Notes under the pieces: generated by a model | The model's input: only the letters and a program-made list of their open reading frames with translations | Database searches by the model: none | What the model was told of the DNA's origin: nothing | DNA from: Octopus vulgaris | Taxonomy: Eukaryota | Direction of reading: 5' to 3' | Assembly: GCA_951406725.2 (NCBI GenBank) | Contig: OX597836.1 | Location: 32,612,001 to 32,676,000, forward strand | Length of the DNA stretch: 64,000 bases | Translations under genes and position numbers: made by a program | Shown here: positions 1 through 11,451 of the stretch, in pieces | Position numbering within the stretch: position 1 is the first letter of the stretch | How the letters are laid out: each line of letters starts with the position of its first letter

Positions 1-100
1 TCCTATAACTTTGCAGTTTGGCCAAAGAGACTGATACAATAAGTACTAGGCTTACAAAGAATAAGTCCTGGGGTTGATTTCTTCAACTAAAACCATTTAA

Positions 101-321
101 CCCTTTCGTTACCAACCCGGCCAAAACCGGCTCTGGCTCTGTGGTAAAATGTCTTGTTTTCATAAGTTTTGAATTAAAATCTTCCACCAAGCCTTAGTCA
201 CAATTTACGTTCCTAACACTAGCTTAATGATAACTTAGTTATTTTACTAAATTCTTTGTTATATTTAAAATTAATTGAAAGAAACAGAGAGCATCTCCAA
301 ATAAATACAGTAACAAAAGTG
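101..321. mobile_element. piggyBac-type MITE (TTAA TSD) inserted in a SINE
   Basis: ttaa|ccctttcgttac...gtaacaaaagtg|ttaa; closely similar to 35074-35293; SINE 3' sequence continues on both sides. Confidence 0.75.
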
Positions 322-1034
322 TTAAGGCGTTGTTCCAGCACGGCTGTAGTCAAATGAGTGATACATGTAAAAGACTGATAGAATATTGTACATCTTACAA
401 ACATTAACATGAATATAGGTACTTACCATAAATCAAAAACAACAACAACAGCAATAACAACAACGATAGCAGCAACAACATAACAACAACAAGGAGACAA
501 CTAAACATATGAAGAGGAAAACCATAACAAAGCAGCTTGGAGGTACAAATAGAATAATTGGAAAAATAGTTCTTAAGAATCGAACGTTCTTAGTACAAAT
601 GTAAGCAAAACAGTGAAGAAGCATAAAGATAGCGTAAAATATAAAAATCTATAAGGAATATTGGAAATAAGAGAGTAGTGGTGAGAGTAGAAGTGATAGT
701 GGTTGATAGGTGCAGTGATAAACATAGACCTCTTTTAGAGCCTGCATGTGTGTTGCACAGTGTGTGTGTGTGGTTAGGAAGCTTGCTTTGCAACCACGTG
801 GTTTCAGGTTCAGTCCCACTGTGTGGCACCTTGGGCAAGTGTTTTCTACTATAGATTTGGGGCCGACCGATGTCTTGTGAGTAAATTTGGTTTGACAGAA
901 ACTCGTCGTGTGTGTGTGTGTCTTTGTATTTGTGCTCATTCCGTATGTAGATACAAATATATATACATGCACATACACACACATTCACGCATGCACACAC
1001 ACACACACATATTTGCACACACTCACACACACAC

Positions 1035-1075
<41 letters not shown>

Positions 1076-1335
1076 AGTAGGTGCTGAAAACTTCCTAACT
1101 TTGGTAAAAAAAATACAGGAGGATCAATTAATTATGATTTTATTCAACATATTTCCCTCTCAGACTCACACACTTATTGCAGCGGTCCTTCATTTTTCCT
1201 AAGTTCTGTAAAAGAATTCGGAAAGTTGGGCCTCCAACCAGGTCTTTGAACCAGAAACTTTTCAGTACCCTCTCATATTCACTTAGTCATTACAAACCAC
1301 CATTATAGTCTCCTTGCCAATACAAACCACCACTA

Positions 1336-1545
1336 CGAGAGAGTGCTGAAAAGTTCTTGGCTTTGGATAGAAGAAAATAACTATGATTCAATTCAATATG
1401 TTCCTCTCTCAGATACCAGATTCACTCACTTGGCGCAGCGGTCCTTCAGTTTTTCTAAGTCCTGTAAAAAAACTCGGAAGGTTGGGCCTCTGACCAGTCC
1501 TTTTATGATACCCTTAAAACCAGAAACTTTTCACCACCCTCTCAT
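1336..1545. mobile_element. Mariner-derived ~210-bp MITE (other copies ~1074-1275, ~20042-20255, ~29929-30150)
   Basis: TIR gtgctgaaaagtt.ctggctt / ccag.aacttttca.caccc; interior is the antisense of a mariner C-terminus (LKDRCNKCV.LRGEYVE*). Confidence 0.8.
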
Positions 1546-1583
1546 ATATGTATGTGTGTGTGTGTGTGTGTGTGTATGTGTGT

Positions 1584-1870
1584 GGAGGCGCAATGGCCCA
1601 GTGGTTAGGGCAGCGGACTCGTGGTTTCAATTCCCAGAACGGGCGTTGTGAGTGTTTATTGAGCGAAAACACCTAAAACTCCACAAGGCTCTGGCAGGGG
1701 GTGGTGGCAATCCCTGCTGTACTCTTTTGCCACAACTTTCTCTCACTCTTTCTTTTGTTGGCCTGCTCCCTTAGCCAGTGGGGTGGCATCATTTGATGGT
1801 TAAAATAATGCGAAGCGCATTGTGACCAGCGATGTGTAGCAACATCTGATAGCCTGGTCAGTCATGGTGA
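1584..1870 (+). mobile_element. tRNA-derived SINE family D (also ~51004-51300 + and ~53905-54195 -)
   Basis: ggaggcgcaatggcccagtggttagggcagcggactcg head (A-box-like) with a shared body. Confidence 0.75.
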
Positions 1871-1888
1871 TATATATATATATACACA

Positions 1889-2041
1889 AGTGGTTGTGTG
1901 GTAAGTAGCTTGCTTATGAACGGGGTTCAGTCCCACTGCATGGCACCTTGGATAAGTGTCTTCTACTATAGCCTCAGGCTAACCAAAGCCTTGTGAGTGG
2001 ATTTGGTAGACGGAAACTGAAGAAAGCCTGTCGTATATATG

Positions 2042-2072
<31 letters not shown>

Positions 2073-2290
2073 TTATGTTTGTGTCTGTGTTTGTCCCCCA
2101 ACATCACTTGACAACCGATGCTGGTGTGTTTACGTCCCCTAACTTAGCGGTTCAGCAAAAGAGACTGATAGAATAAGTACTAGGCTTAGAAAGAATAAGT
2201 CCTAGGATCGATTTGCTGGACTAAAGGCGGTGCTCCAACATGGCCACAGTCAAATGACTGAAACAAATAAACAAATAAAAAGAAAAGAAT
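1889..2290 (+). mobile_element. tRNA-derived SINE family B (most abundant; central microsatellite)
   Basis: gtggttgtgtggtaag...ggttcagtcccactg..tggcaccttgg...aaatgactgaaacaa. More than 15 full or partial copies on both strands, e.g. 23091-23484 (-), 29008-29400 (+), 34588-35043 (+), 49805-50222 (-). Boundaries approximate. Confidence 0.85.
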
Positions 2291-2482
2291 ATATATACAC
2301 ACATATATATTCATGATTTAGATTCGTATTTTGTTATATTTCTCTTTTCCACTCTGTTTTTATATTCTATACTACCAAACCTTTCTGTTTCTCCTTCTCT
2401 CTACTATTACTATTGCTAATAATGATAATAAAAATAGTTATGTCATGAGTACATATTGTTCTATTATGTGTATTACCCACAG

Positions 2483-2644
2483 GGAAAAGCCGAATTTATT
2501 GGTCGAGCTATTGCAAAACCTGTTGTGAAAATGTACAATGAGAAATACTGTAAACCAAAATTTCCTCCAAAACTTGAATGGTGGGACATATACCGTGGAT
2601 CTGACCATGCTGGAGAATTACTGGCTGCATTTGAACTCTTACAG
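2483..2644 (+). CDS. OTOF: Otoferlin-like ferlin, internal exon (end of C2D domain)
   Basis: cag|GGA...CAG|gtgagc; 162 nt, phase 0-0. Encodes [54 protein letters not shown], closely resembling vertebrate otoferlin GKADFMGRTFAKP...FPPQLEYYQIYRG...[12 protein letters not shown] (recalled, not searched). Confidence 0.95.
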
Positions 2645-2809
2645 GTGAGCATCGTAACTCCGTCAAATTGTATTATTTTTATACTGATGTTAAAAATTAA
2701 GCACAAGAAAAATTTTTTTTTTCTTTCTCATTTTGTTTCTTTGGTTGGAATTGGAAATTTTTTTTTAATGAGATGTTGCAAATGAGATGCAAGAAAATTT
2801 TCAAATATG

Positions 2810-2811
2810 TA

Positions 2812-2861
<50 letters not shown>

Positions 2862-2970
2862 GACGATAATGGTAATAATGATGATCATGATGAAAATAAT
2901 AATTATAATGACGATAATGATAATGATGATAATAATAATGATAATAGTAATAAATAATTGCAGTAGTAGC

Positions 2971-3020
<50 letters not shown>

Positions 3021-3054
3021 CGGCAGCAGCAGCAGCAACAGCAGCAGCAGTAGC

Positions 3055-3116
<62 letters not shown>
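2810..3116. repeat. Compound trinucleotide microsatellite (AAT/GAT)n-(AGT/AGC)n
   Basis: Directly visible. Representative of dozens of (TA)n, (CA)n, (TATC)n, (ATT)n and (CAT)n tracts across the window. Confidence 0.95.
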
Positions 3117-4734
3117 TTAAAATAGGGTGAATAATTTTTTTATTTTTACTTTTTATTTCATTTATTTTTCTTTTTATTTTATTTATTTTTACTTTATTTA
3201 TTTTTTAAAAAATTTATTGGCTAATTAAATTTAGGCTGTAATCATGTGATGCTGAACAAATTTGCTTTTACAGTAATTCTGTAAGTAAATAATTTGGAAA
3301 AATAATATAATTACAATAATAAGTGAATTAGCTTTCTATATTGTCGAAGATATCTCTTAGATTACCTATTATGTTAACACATGTCTAATACATATAATGC
3401 ACACACCATTGATACACCATATATACACATATTGCTTACATAATATATACATCTACATCTAGCTCTTAAGTATATTGTTCATATAGTTTATCTTAATACA
3501 GTATGAATTTAAAGTGATTGTTCAACCTAGATGAAAACTGCAGTCTCTGATTTTGCAACAACGTATACACATTAGGTATATTATACAGGTAACAGTTTTA
3601 TTATAGGGCTGCTTGTAGTCATTATTTGAATTTCATTCAGCCTTTGTGGTGGTGTCTTTGCAAACCAGTGTATAGTTTATACACTGTCTCTATATACCTC
3701 AAACTGACTGATTTGATCTTGTTTCAGTATGTAACATTGACAAGCTGCAAAAATAATGAAATGTGCACTCACAGTCACTTCCAGGGCAACTTTGTTGAAT
3801 CTAGCTCTAAAAGTATATATTTTTTTTCAACACCATATGTCTATAGAGGGATTTTTACCCACACAAAACATGCAGCTTCTGCCTTTTCAATGATAGACAT
3901 ACATTATGTATGTCATATAAACAGACACATAATATACACATCCTGTGAACATCACATTCACATCATGTAGAAATTACATGCACTTGGAATCTGCTATGAA
4001 ATTAATTCATGTTTTCTACTTGCTGTTTGTATTGTATCAGTCATACGTTAGATAGATTTAGGAAATTTTTTATTAAAGTATTTCAGGATATAAGACTTAA
4101 TATTATTATAGGCACTAACCTTACTGCTGTTAATTTTCTAGATACAACCTTGTGATTCGATAATAATGGTTTCCGGCCATTCCACAAACTGAATGAGAGA
4201 TTAGTGTTTATACACAGGCAATCAAATCATCCACCTAGCATCTTGAGGAACTTAGTTCACTATATTTATTAAATAGGTGTATATGATATCTTCCAGTGAA
4301 AAGGCTTATGTAGTAGTAATTGGGTTCTATGGTAAGATTAGATTCATAAAAAGCACTGAGGGTGCAGAGCATAACAAGAAGAATATCAAAAATATTTTAT
4401 AGTATAACACAGTGTTTAATCTAGTAGAAAGGAAGGACATAGGGAATTCTTTTAATCTGTTCAACTACAATTTTTCGTCAAGGCATAAATATACTAAGGT
4501 ACTGATTTCAAATTTTGGCACAAGGCCAGAAATTTTGTGGGAAGAGGATAGTCAATTACATTGAACCCAGAGTTCAAATAGTATTTATTTCAATGACCCC
4601 AAAAGGATGACAGACAAAGTCGATCTTGATGGAATTTGAATTCAGGATGGAAAGATGAAGGAAACACTGATAATCATTTTACCTGTCTAGCTAACAGTTC
4701 TGCCAGCTTGCTACCTTCATGGATGTATGTAGTA

Positions 4735-5040
4735 AGATATTTAAACAAGAACTGTTTTAAGGTTAGTTGTTCAGCTTGTAAGAATTTAAATCGTTATATC
4801 AGAGGTTGTAATGTTGTAAGGCTAAATGTAAAAGAAAAGCAAACAACTGACCAACACCAATCATGCAACCTCAGAATTCATGAGAATTGCCTATTAGATG
4901 GTAATTGTATTTTAAAGTTAATAATTTAGAATGCTAAAGTAGAAAGAAACAATGGAGATGAACCTGAAATAACTATTGAGGTAACTGAACTATCATTCAA
5001 AAATCGATTTCATAAGCATGAACATTCATTTCTCAGCCCT
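4735..5040 (+). mobile_element. Degenerate Penelope-like element remnant (GIY-YIG endonuclease region)
   Basis: Translation ...LNKNCFKVSCS..KNL..YI...SCN.R...NCLLDGNC...II*NAKV...VTELSFKNRF.KH..SF resembles the PLE C-terminal CNCR/CPL.G.C/GIY-YIG region. Stops and frameshifts present. Confidence 0.6.
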
Positions 5041-6769
5041 GGTAAAAAAAATGTTAGGGTTCTGTTGAAACTTATACAGTTCTTATGTGAAACAAGACCT
5101 CACAAATTCAAAATTAATTACTCAGTTGTAGGTACTATATAGTAAAAGCTCCTTCAAATCAAAAATGTTTTAATGAAGTAATGGTTTAAATAGAATTATT
5201 AACACTTAGTATATTTGGTGTGAGTGCAAACTCTTTGATTTTCATGCCCGTTCAAAAAAGTTTTTTTAATAAAACATTGATTTTGAAATGTTTGTAAAAA
5301 AATTACTTAAGCAACAGTGCAATTTCATAAGAGAATGACAATTCTTAAAGTGACCCTCCCTGTGCAAAGTTTAGAAGCAGGATGCTGGGATAAGTTAAAT
5401 AAAGATACTTTTGAAGTATTCCTGCATGAGCCAGGAATGAAATGAAAAAAATGAGGTTGAAAGTCATTTTTAAATGTATCCTTCATTCTTAACATCGTCC
5501 ATTCCAACCCCTGTTTTATCCATCGTTCACTTACCCTCCATACACTTGCAACTTTTAATTCTATTAACCCATCTCCTTATCACTCATTCCTCCATCACTC
5601 TTCTATCTACTGTGTTATTCTACTACTCTAAGTATTGAAATTAGAACCTGTTGTTATATCACCCTTTTTGTATAAGCAATGTCGATTTGATGGAGAGGGT
5701 GAGCTAATGTACAGCTCATACATTTGATCTCTATAAACAAATCATTTGTGCAGATTCTATTTCTTCACTGCCCACAAGGGGCTAAACACAGAGAGAACAA
5801 ACATGGACAGACAAACGGATTAAGTTGATTTTATCGACCCCAGGTACTTATTTAATCAACCCCGAAAGGATGAAAGGCAAAGTCGACCTCGGCAGAATTT
5901 GAACTTAGAACGTAGCGGCAGGCAAAATACCACTAAGCATTTCTCCCGGCGCGCTAATGTTTCTGCCAGCTCGCCGCCTTTGTGCAGATTCATTCAGCAA
6001 AATCTGAATGCTTGTACATCATCTACAATGGGAGATTCCGTTATTATTATTTTCAAAGTAGACAACACAATAATCGTCTTCATATCATGTTCATATATAA
6101 CACAATACTGCTGTTCTAACAGCTGCTGTCCACCCTTCCTGTACTGCCACTTATTACCTCCTCATTCCCAAGCTATTCCCTTTGCCTTCCCTTCCACACT
6201 GATATTTATATTTACTATCAACCATACCTTCACCCTTGAATATCATTCTCTACCTTAATCTCTAAACCATCTTTAACCCCTGTCACTCTTTTCTCACACT
6301 CCTATGAACCTATCCACCCACCCTTACTGATCTTCTTTTCATACTCTCTTATACTCACCTTTTTGTACCTTGAGAGTATGCTCTGACATACTCCACCAGC
6401 ATCTTTACTTTCCCAACCATACCCATCTGCTCTTACATAATGTGAGGTGTAGCCATGTATTCCTTCTTCAGTAAGACACATGTGCCTGTCCCAATATCAT
6501 ACCTGACATTAAGCCATCTCACCTTCTACTACAATCCTACTCAGTTGAGGTGGGATGGATGGGGGGGAAGGGCTCTTCTTTTCCTTTGTCTTGCAAGTTA
6601 CTAGGCAACCTCACTGTTGCCAATGTTATGAATAATTGTGAGCTGAAACAGATAGACTAACAAACAATTAATTAAGGTAGTGTTTATTAATGTGGGGGAA
6701 CATTGCATTGCTAATGAGAAATAATTATATGTTGAGGATAACAAATAAACAATATTAGTCAATGGTTAA

Positions 6770-7470
6770 TATTATTTCCATTTCCTTGGTAAATATTAGA
6801 GACAACTCTGAGTATGTTTCAGTTAAATTACAGCCTCATCAATATGGCAGCAACTTTATTATTAAAGTAGTGATGGAAGAGTCACTAAGGGCATGTACAT
6901 ATATTGGTTGGCATAGGAAAAAGATTTTCTTAGCAAATTTTGGAGACATGTTTCAGTTTTATTATGACCTCATCAGTATAGCAAGATCTTTATCATACGT
7001 ATTAAAGTGGTAATGGAGGACTCACTAAGTAAAGGCAAATATCATGGAGGATGGCATGGGGAAAATGGTACTGTTTAGAGACAAATTAATTGAATGAAGT
7101 CATGTTCACTTTCTTGGAAACATTTCAGTTTTATAATGACCTCATCAGTATTGCATCAAGTTTGTTATACTTATTAAAGTAGTGATAGAAGAGCCACTAA
7201 GTAAATGTACACAAAGAGCATATGAAAATTAGTATCATTTGGATACAAATTAATTGAACAAAGTTATTTCGTGGAAAATGTTGTGGACAACTCTAAACAT
7301 GTTCCAGTTTTATTATGACCTCATCAGTACTGCATCAGATTATGACCTCATCAGTATTGCATCAAGTTTATTATACTTATTAAAGTAGTGATAGACGAGT
7401 CACTAAGTAAATGTACATATACGGCATAGGAAAAATTTTGCTGTTTAGATACAAATTAATTAAAATTTAC
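6770..7470 (-). repeat. Degenerate tandem array (~135-180 bp units), each unit with a hammerhead-like core on the - strand
   Basis: tttcagttttattatgacctcatcag recurs, with TCATCAG-type cores at 6836 (variant), 6970, 7142 and 7321, plus a partial at 7348. Confidence 0.7.
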
Positions 7471-7748
7471 ATGAAAATTAGAAATTAATATTAATATATT
7501 TAATAAGAACAATGTATGCAACATTTATCTGTTAGGTGTTCCCTCTTTTTATACAAGCATCGTCTTTATTCAAGTGATGGGGAAAAAAAACCCACAAATT
7601 TTCCTTAAAGAGAAAATCTTGTTTAAACAGTGTTTTAATTCTGTCGGTCATTCTGTTTTCTTTCTGGTCAATTATTATTATTATTATTACTATCAGTATT
7701 TTCTTTCTTTTCTTTTATTTCTTGTCTGTGTTTTCCCTTCGTCTAAAG

Positions 7749-7817
7749 CATCCATTCGATGAAAAAGATTTAAGGCTTGCTCATGAAATACCACAGTATG
7801 CCAAGAAGAGATTGCGG
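7749..7817 (+). CDS. Candidate alternative cassette exon of the ferlin gene (HPFDEKDLRLAHEIPQYAKKRLR)
   Basis: Long polypyrimidine tract plus ctaaag acceptor; 69 nt open in phase 0-0; donor CGG|gtataa is weak. No homology support. Confidence 0.45.
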
Positions 7818-8118
7818 GTATAACTAACAACTTTGTTCTTGCTGCCAAAAGTCCTTGCTTCCTTTATTTCAAATTCAGGCATTTTATTAGTTGAGCATCC
7901 TATAATCTCTTTGCTGATGCTTTTGACTGTTTACTTCTATTTCTTCTTCACTTTTTTTTCTCCAGTCTTCCACCTCTTCTTCCACTTCTTTCTCCTTCTT
8001 TGCCTTATTCTATCACTTTGTCAAACCTCCTACTTCTGCTCTTTTGTCTTTCCATCTCTCTCTCTGTCTCACTCACTCACTCACTATCTATCTATCTATC
8101 TGTCTGTCTGTCTATCTA

Positions 8119-8194
<76 letters not shown>

Positions 8195-8650
8195 AATCTA
8201 TCTTGCTATCTCTTTCTTATGCTCTTTCTCTTAATTCTTCATTTATACCTCTTTCATCTTTCTTAGTCTCTACTGGCTTCCTACCTCTCTTGTCTTGGCA
8301 CTTTCTTGCACAACACTATAAGCTAAGACACTAAAAAACATATAAGATATGTTCAATAAAGATATCACAGGCATCTGTATTTGATAACATTAGAATACAA
8401 TATATTAATATATTCCTATATTTATGTTCTCTTCAGTAATCTATGCATTGATTTTGAAGCACCTACATGGGAATATATGCATATATAATTGAGTGTGTGG
8501 TGTGTATGTGTTTGTATATGTGTGTTCCTTTAAATATAATATAAATCTGTCTTTATGAGCATTTATATGTATATACATAATCTACATTTATTTATATTTA
8601 CATATACTTATGTGCATATATACATACATATATACATACAAACATACATA

Positions 8651-8704
<54 letters not shown>

Positions 8705-8985
8705 AACATACATGCATATATGTACGTATGTACATATATATATGTATCTATGTATGTATCTATGTATGTGTGTGTGTGTACCAATAAAACAGTAGTTAAT
8801 CATTTGCGTACTGCATATGTATGTAATCTTATATTTATGTGTGTTTGTATGTATGCTTGAACAAATAGATATCTGTGCTTGTGTATGCATATATATAGAC
8901 AGCTAGAGCAAGAAAGCATGTGAGATTGGTTGATACATGCATGCATGTCTATGTATATATGTGTGTATGTATATACATACACACA

Positions 8986-9024
<39 letters not shown>

Positions 9025-9416
9025 TTGCATAGACACACTCATAGATAGATGGATGGATGGACGGACGGATGGATGGATGGATAGATAGATAGATAGTTAG
9101 ATAGATAGATATGAATACACAAAGATTCAATGCTATTAACAATCATGTCACGAAAGGCAAAGTCTCTATGTAGTACCAAGCTCTGCACATGTATTTCTTG
9201 TAGTTACCACTCAGTCAATTGCACCTATGTCTCCTTCTGGCCTCCATCCCACCACCTCCACCTCACACACACACACACAGATACTGACACTACTACTACA
9301 GCCCTTAGATTTTTTTTTTTTTTTTTTTTGTGGGTGTTAAAATATAGATATTTCTTCTCTCAGAATATGAAAACGATACTAAACCAAGCAGTAATGTCAA
9401 CTGCCAGAATCACTTA

Positions 9417-9460
<44 letters not shown>

Positions 9461-9471
9461 GTATCAAGCTG

Positions 9472-10914
9472 TTGGATCAAGCAAATAATTACAGAGGTAT
9501 CAAGCTGTTGGATCAAGTAATGAAGGTTACGGAGAGGGTCATAGCCCAACTAATTAGAGAGAGAGTTAGTTTAGATGAGATGCAGTTTGGGTTCGTGCCA
9601 GGGAAAAGTACCACTGATGCTATATTCCTGGTAAGGCAGCTGCAGGAGAAATACCTAGCCAAAGATAAGCCCCTGTACCTGGCTTTCGTTGACATGGAGA
9701 AAGCTTTTGATAGGGTCCCCCGATCCCTTATCTGGTGGTCAATGAGGAAACTAGGGATAGATGAATGGCTGGTGAGGACTGTGCAAGCCATGTACAGAGA
9801 TGCCGTAAGTAAGGTTAGGGTTGGCAACATGTACACAGAAGAATTCAAAGTAGAGGTTGGGGTCCACCAGGGTTCAGTACTCAGCCCCCTCCTATTTATC
9901 ATAGTACTCCAGGCAATTACGGAGGAATTCAAGACAGGCTGTCCCTGGGAGCTCCTCTACGCTGACGACCTTGCTCTTATTGCTGAGTCACTATCAGAAC
10001 TGGAGGAGAAGTTCCAGGTGTGGAAGGAGGGTTTAGAATCAAGGGGCCTTAGAGTCAACCTAGCTAAAACCAAAGTACTAATAAGTAGAAAGGTAGACAA
10101 TCCACAAATATCTTCAGGAAGATGGCCCTGCTCGATCTGTAGAAAAGGTGTAGGTAGAAACTCTATAAGATGTACCCAGTGTAAGCTATGGACACATAAG
10201 AGGTGCAGCAATGTCAAAGGTAGGCTAACTGGGAAGATAGTTTTTGTATGTGGCAGATGCTCGGGAGCATTAACCTCCGAAAATCTGCAGAAAACAACTT
10301 CCGTCACTTTCCAGGGGGAAAAACTAGAAGTAGTTGATAGCTTCCGTTATCTAGGTGACCAAGTCAGTAGTGGGGGTGGGTGCGCTGAAAGTGTAACTGC
10401 TAGAATAAGAATAGCCTGGGCAAAGTTTAGGGAGCTCTTACCTCTGCTGGTGACTAAAGGCCTCTCGCTCAGAGTAAAAGGCAGACTGTATGATGCGTGT
10501 GTACGAACAGCCATGCTACATGGCAGCGAAACATGGGCCGTGACTGCTGAGGACATGCGTAAGCTCGTGAGGAATGAAGCCAGTATGCTCCGATGGATGT
10601 GTAATGTCAGTGTACATACTCGACAGAGCGTTAGCACCTTGAGAGAAATGTTGTACCTAAGAAGCATCAGTTGTGGTGTGCAAGAGAGACGATTGCGCTG
10701 GTATGGTCATGTGGCGAGAATGGATGAAGATAGGTGTGTGAGAAAGTGCCAATCCCTAGCAGTTGAGGGAACCCGTGGAAGAGGTAGACCCAGGAAAACC
10801 TGGGACGAGGTGGTGAAGCACGACCTTCGAACTTTAGGCCTCACTGAGGAAATGACCAGAGACCGAGACCTTTGGAAATATTCTGTACGTGAGAAGACCA
10901 GGCAGGACAAGTGA
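9472..10914 (+). CDS. LINE reverse transcriptase (5'-partial, no endonuclease) with embedded PHD-like Cys cluster
   Basis: NYRGIKLL, QFGF, FVDMEKAFDRV, GVHQGSVLSPLLF, LYADD, FRYLG, LRWYGHV and RGRPRKTW motifs; CxxC...CxxC..W.H..C...CxxC cluster after the RT core. Confidence 0.93.
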   Translation: MDQANNYRGIKLLDQVMKVTERVIAQLIRERVSLDEMQFGFVPGKSTTDAIFLVRQLQEKYLAKDKPLYLAFVDMEKAFDRVPRSLIWWSMRKLGIDEWLVRTVQAMYRDAVSKVRVGNMYTEEFKVEVGVHQGSVLSPLLFIIVLQAITEEFKTGCPWELLYADDLALIAESLSELEEKFQVWKEGLESRGLRVNLAKTKVLISRKVDNPQISSGRWPCSICRKGVGRNSIRCTQCKLWTHKRCSNVKGRLTGKIVFVCGRCSGALTSENLQKTTSVTFQGEKLEVVDSFRYLGDQVSSGGGCAESVTARIRIAWAKFRELLPLLVTKGLSLRVKGRLYDACVRTAMLHGSETWAVTAEDMRKLVRNEASMLRWMCNVSVHTRQSVSTLREMLYLRSISCGVQERRLRWYGHVARMDEDRCVRKCQSLAVEGTRGRGRPRKTWDEVVKHDLRTLGLTEEMTRDRDLWKYSVREKTRQDK

Positions 10915-10997
10915 GCCCAGCCCACTTATGAATGCCTTTCCTCCCTTGGACACAAAGACCGGTTGAGGCAAGCGAAGTCGATATAGAACCTCATCCG

Positions 10998-11451
10998 ACG
11001 ACAGACACCCATGCCAACCCCCATGCTTGCGAAGACATGTTGGGGCAAGCGAAATCGAAATCGAAACCGAATTGAACCAGCCAGGATCCCTGGCCTGGTG
11101 GTACGTAAAAAGCACTATCCGACTCGTGGCTGTGGCACGTAAAATACTCCAATGCGACCGTACGACAGGCACCCATGCCAACCCCCTTTGCTTGTGAAGA
11201 CATGTTGGGGCAAGCGAAATCGAAATCGAATTGAACCAGCCAGGATCCCTGGTCTGATGGTACGTAAAAAGCACTATCCGACTCGTGGCCGTGGCACGTA
11301 AAATACTCCAATGCGACCGTACGACAGGCACCCTTGCCAACCCCCTTTGCTTGTGAAGACATGTTGGGGCAAGCGAAATCGAAATCGAATTGAACCAGCC
11401 AGGATCCCTGGTCTGGTGGTACGTAAAAAGCACTATCCGACTCGTGGCCGA
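10998..11451 (+). repeat. About 2.8 tandem copies of a ~159-bp unit in the LINE 3' UTR
   Basis: Units start at 10998, 11162 and 11321 (acgacag.caccc.tgccaacccc...) and are nearly identical. Confidence 0.9.

Noticed and set aside
10998-11451. Regularly spaced repeats suggestive of a CRISPR-like array (also 22590-22890)
   Set aside because: These are full tandem units with no unique spacers, in a eukaryotic retroelement context with no cas genes.
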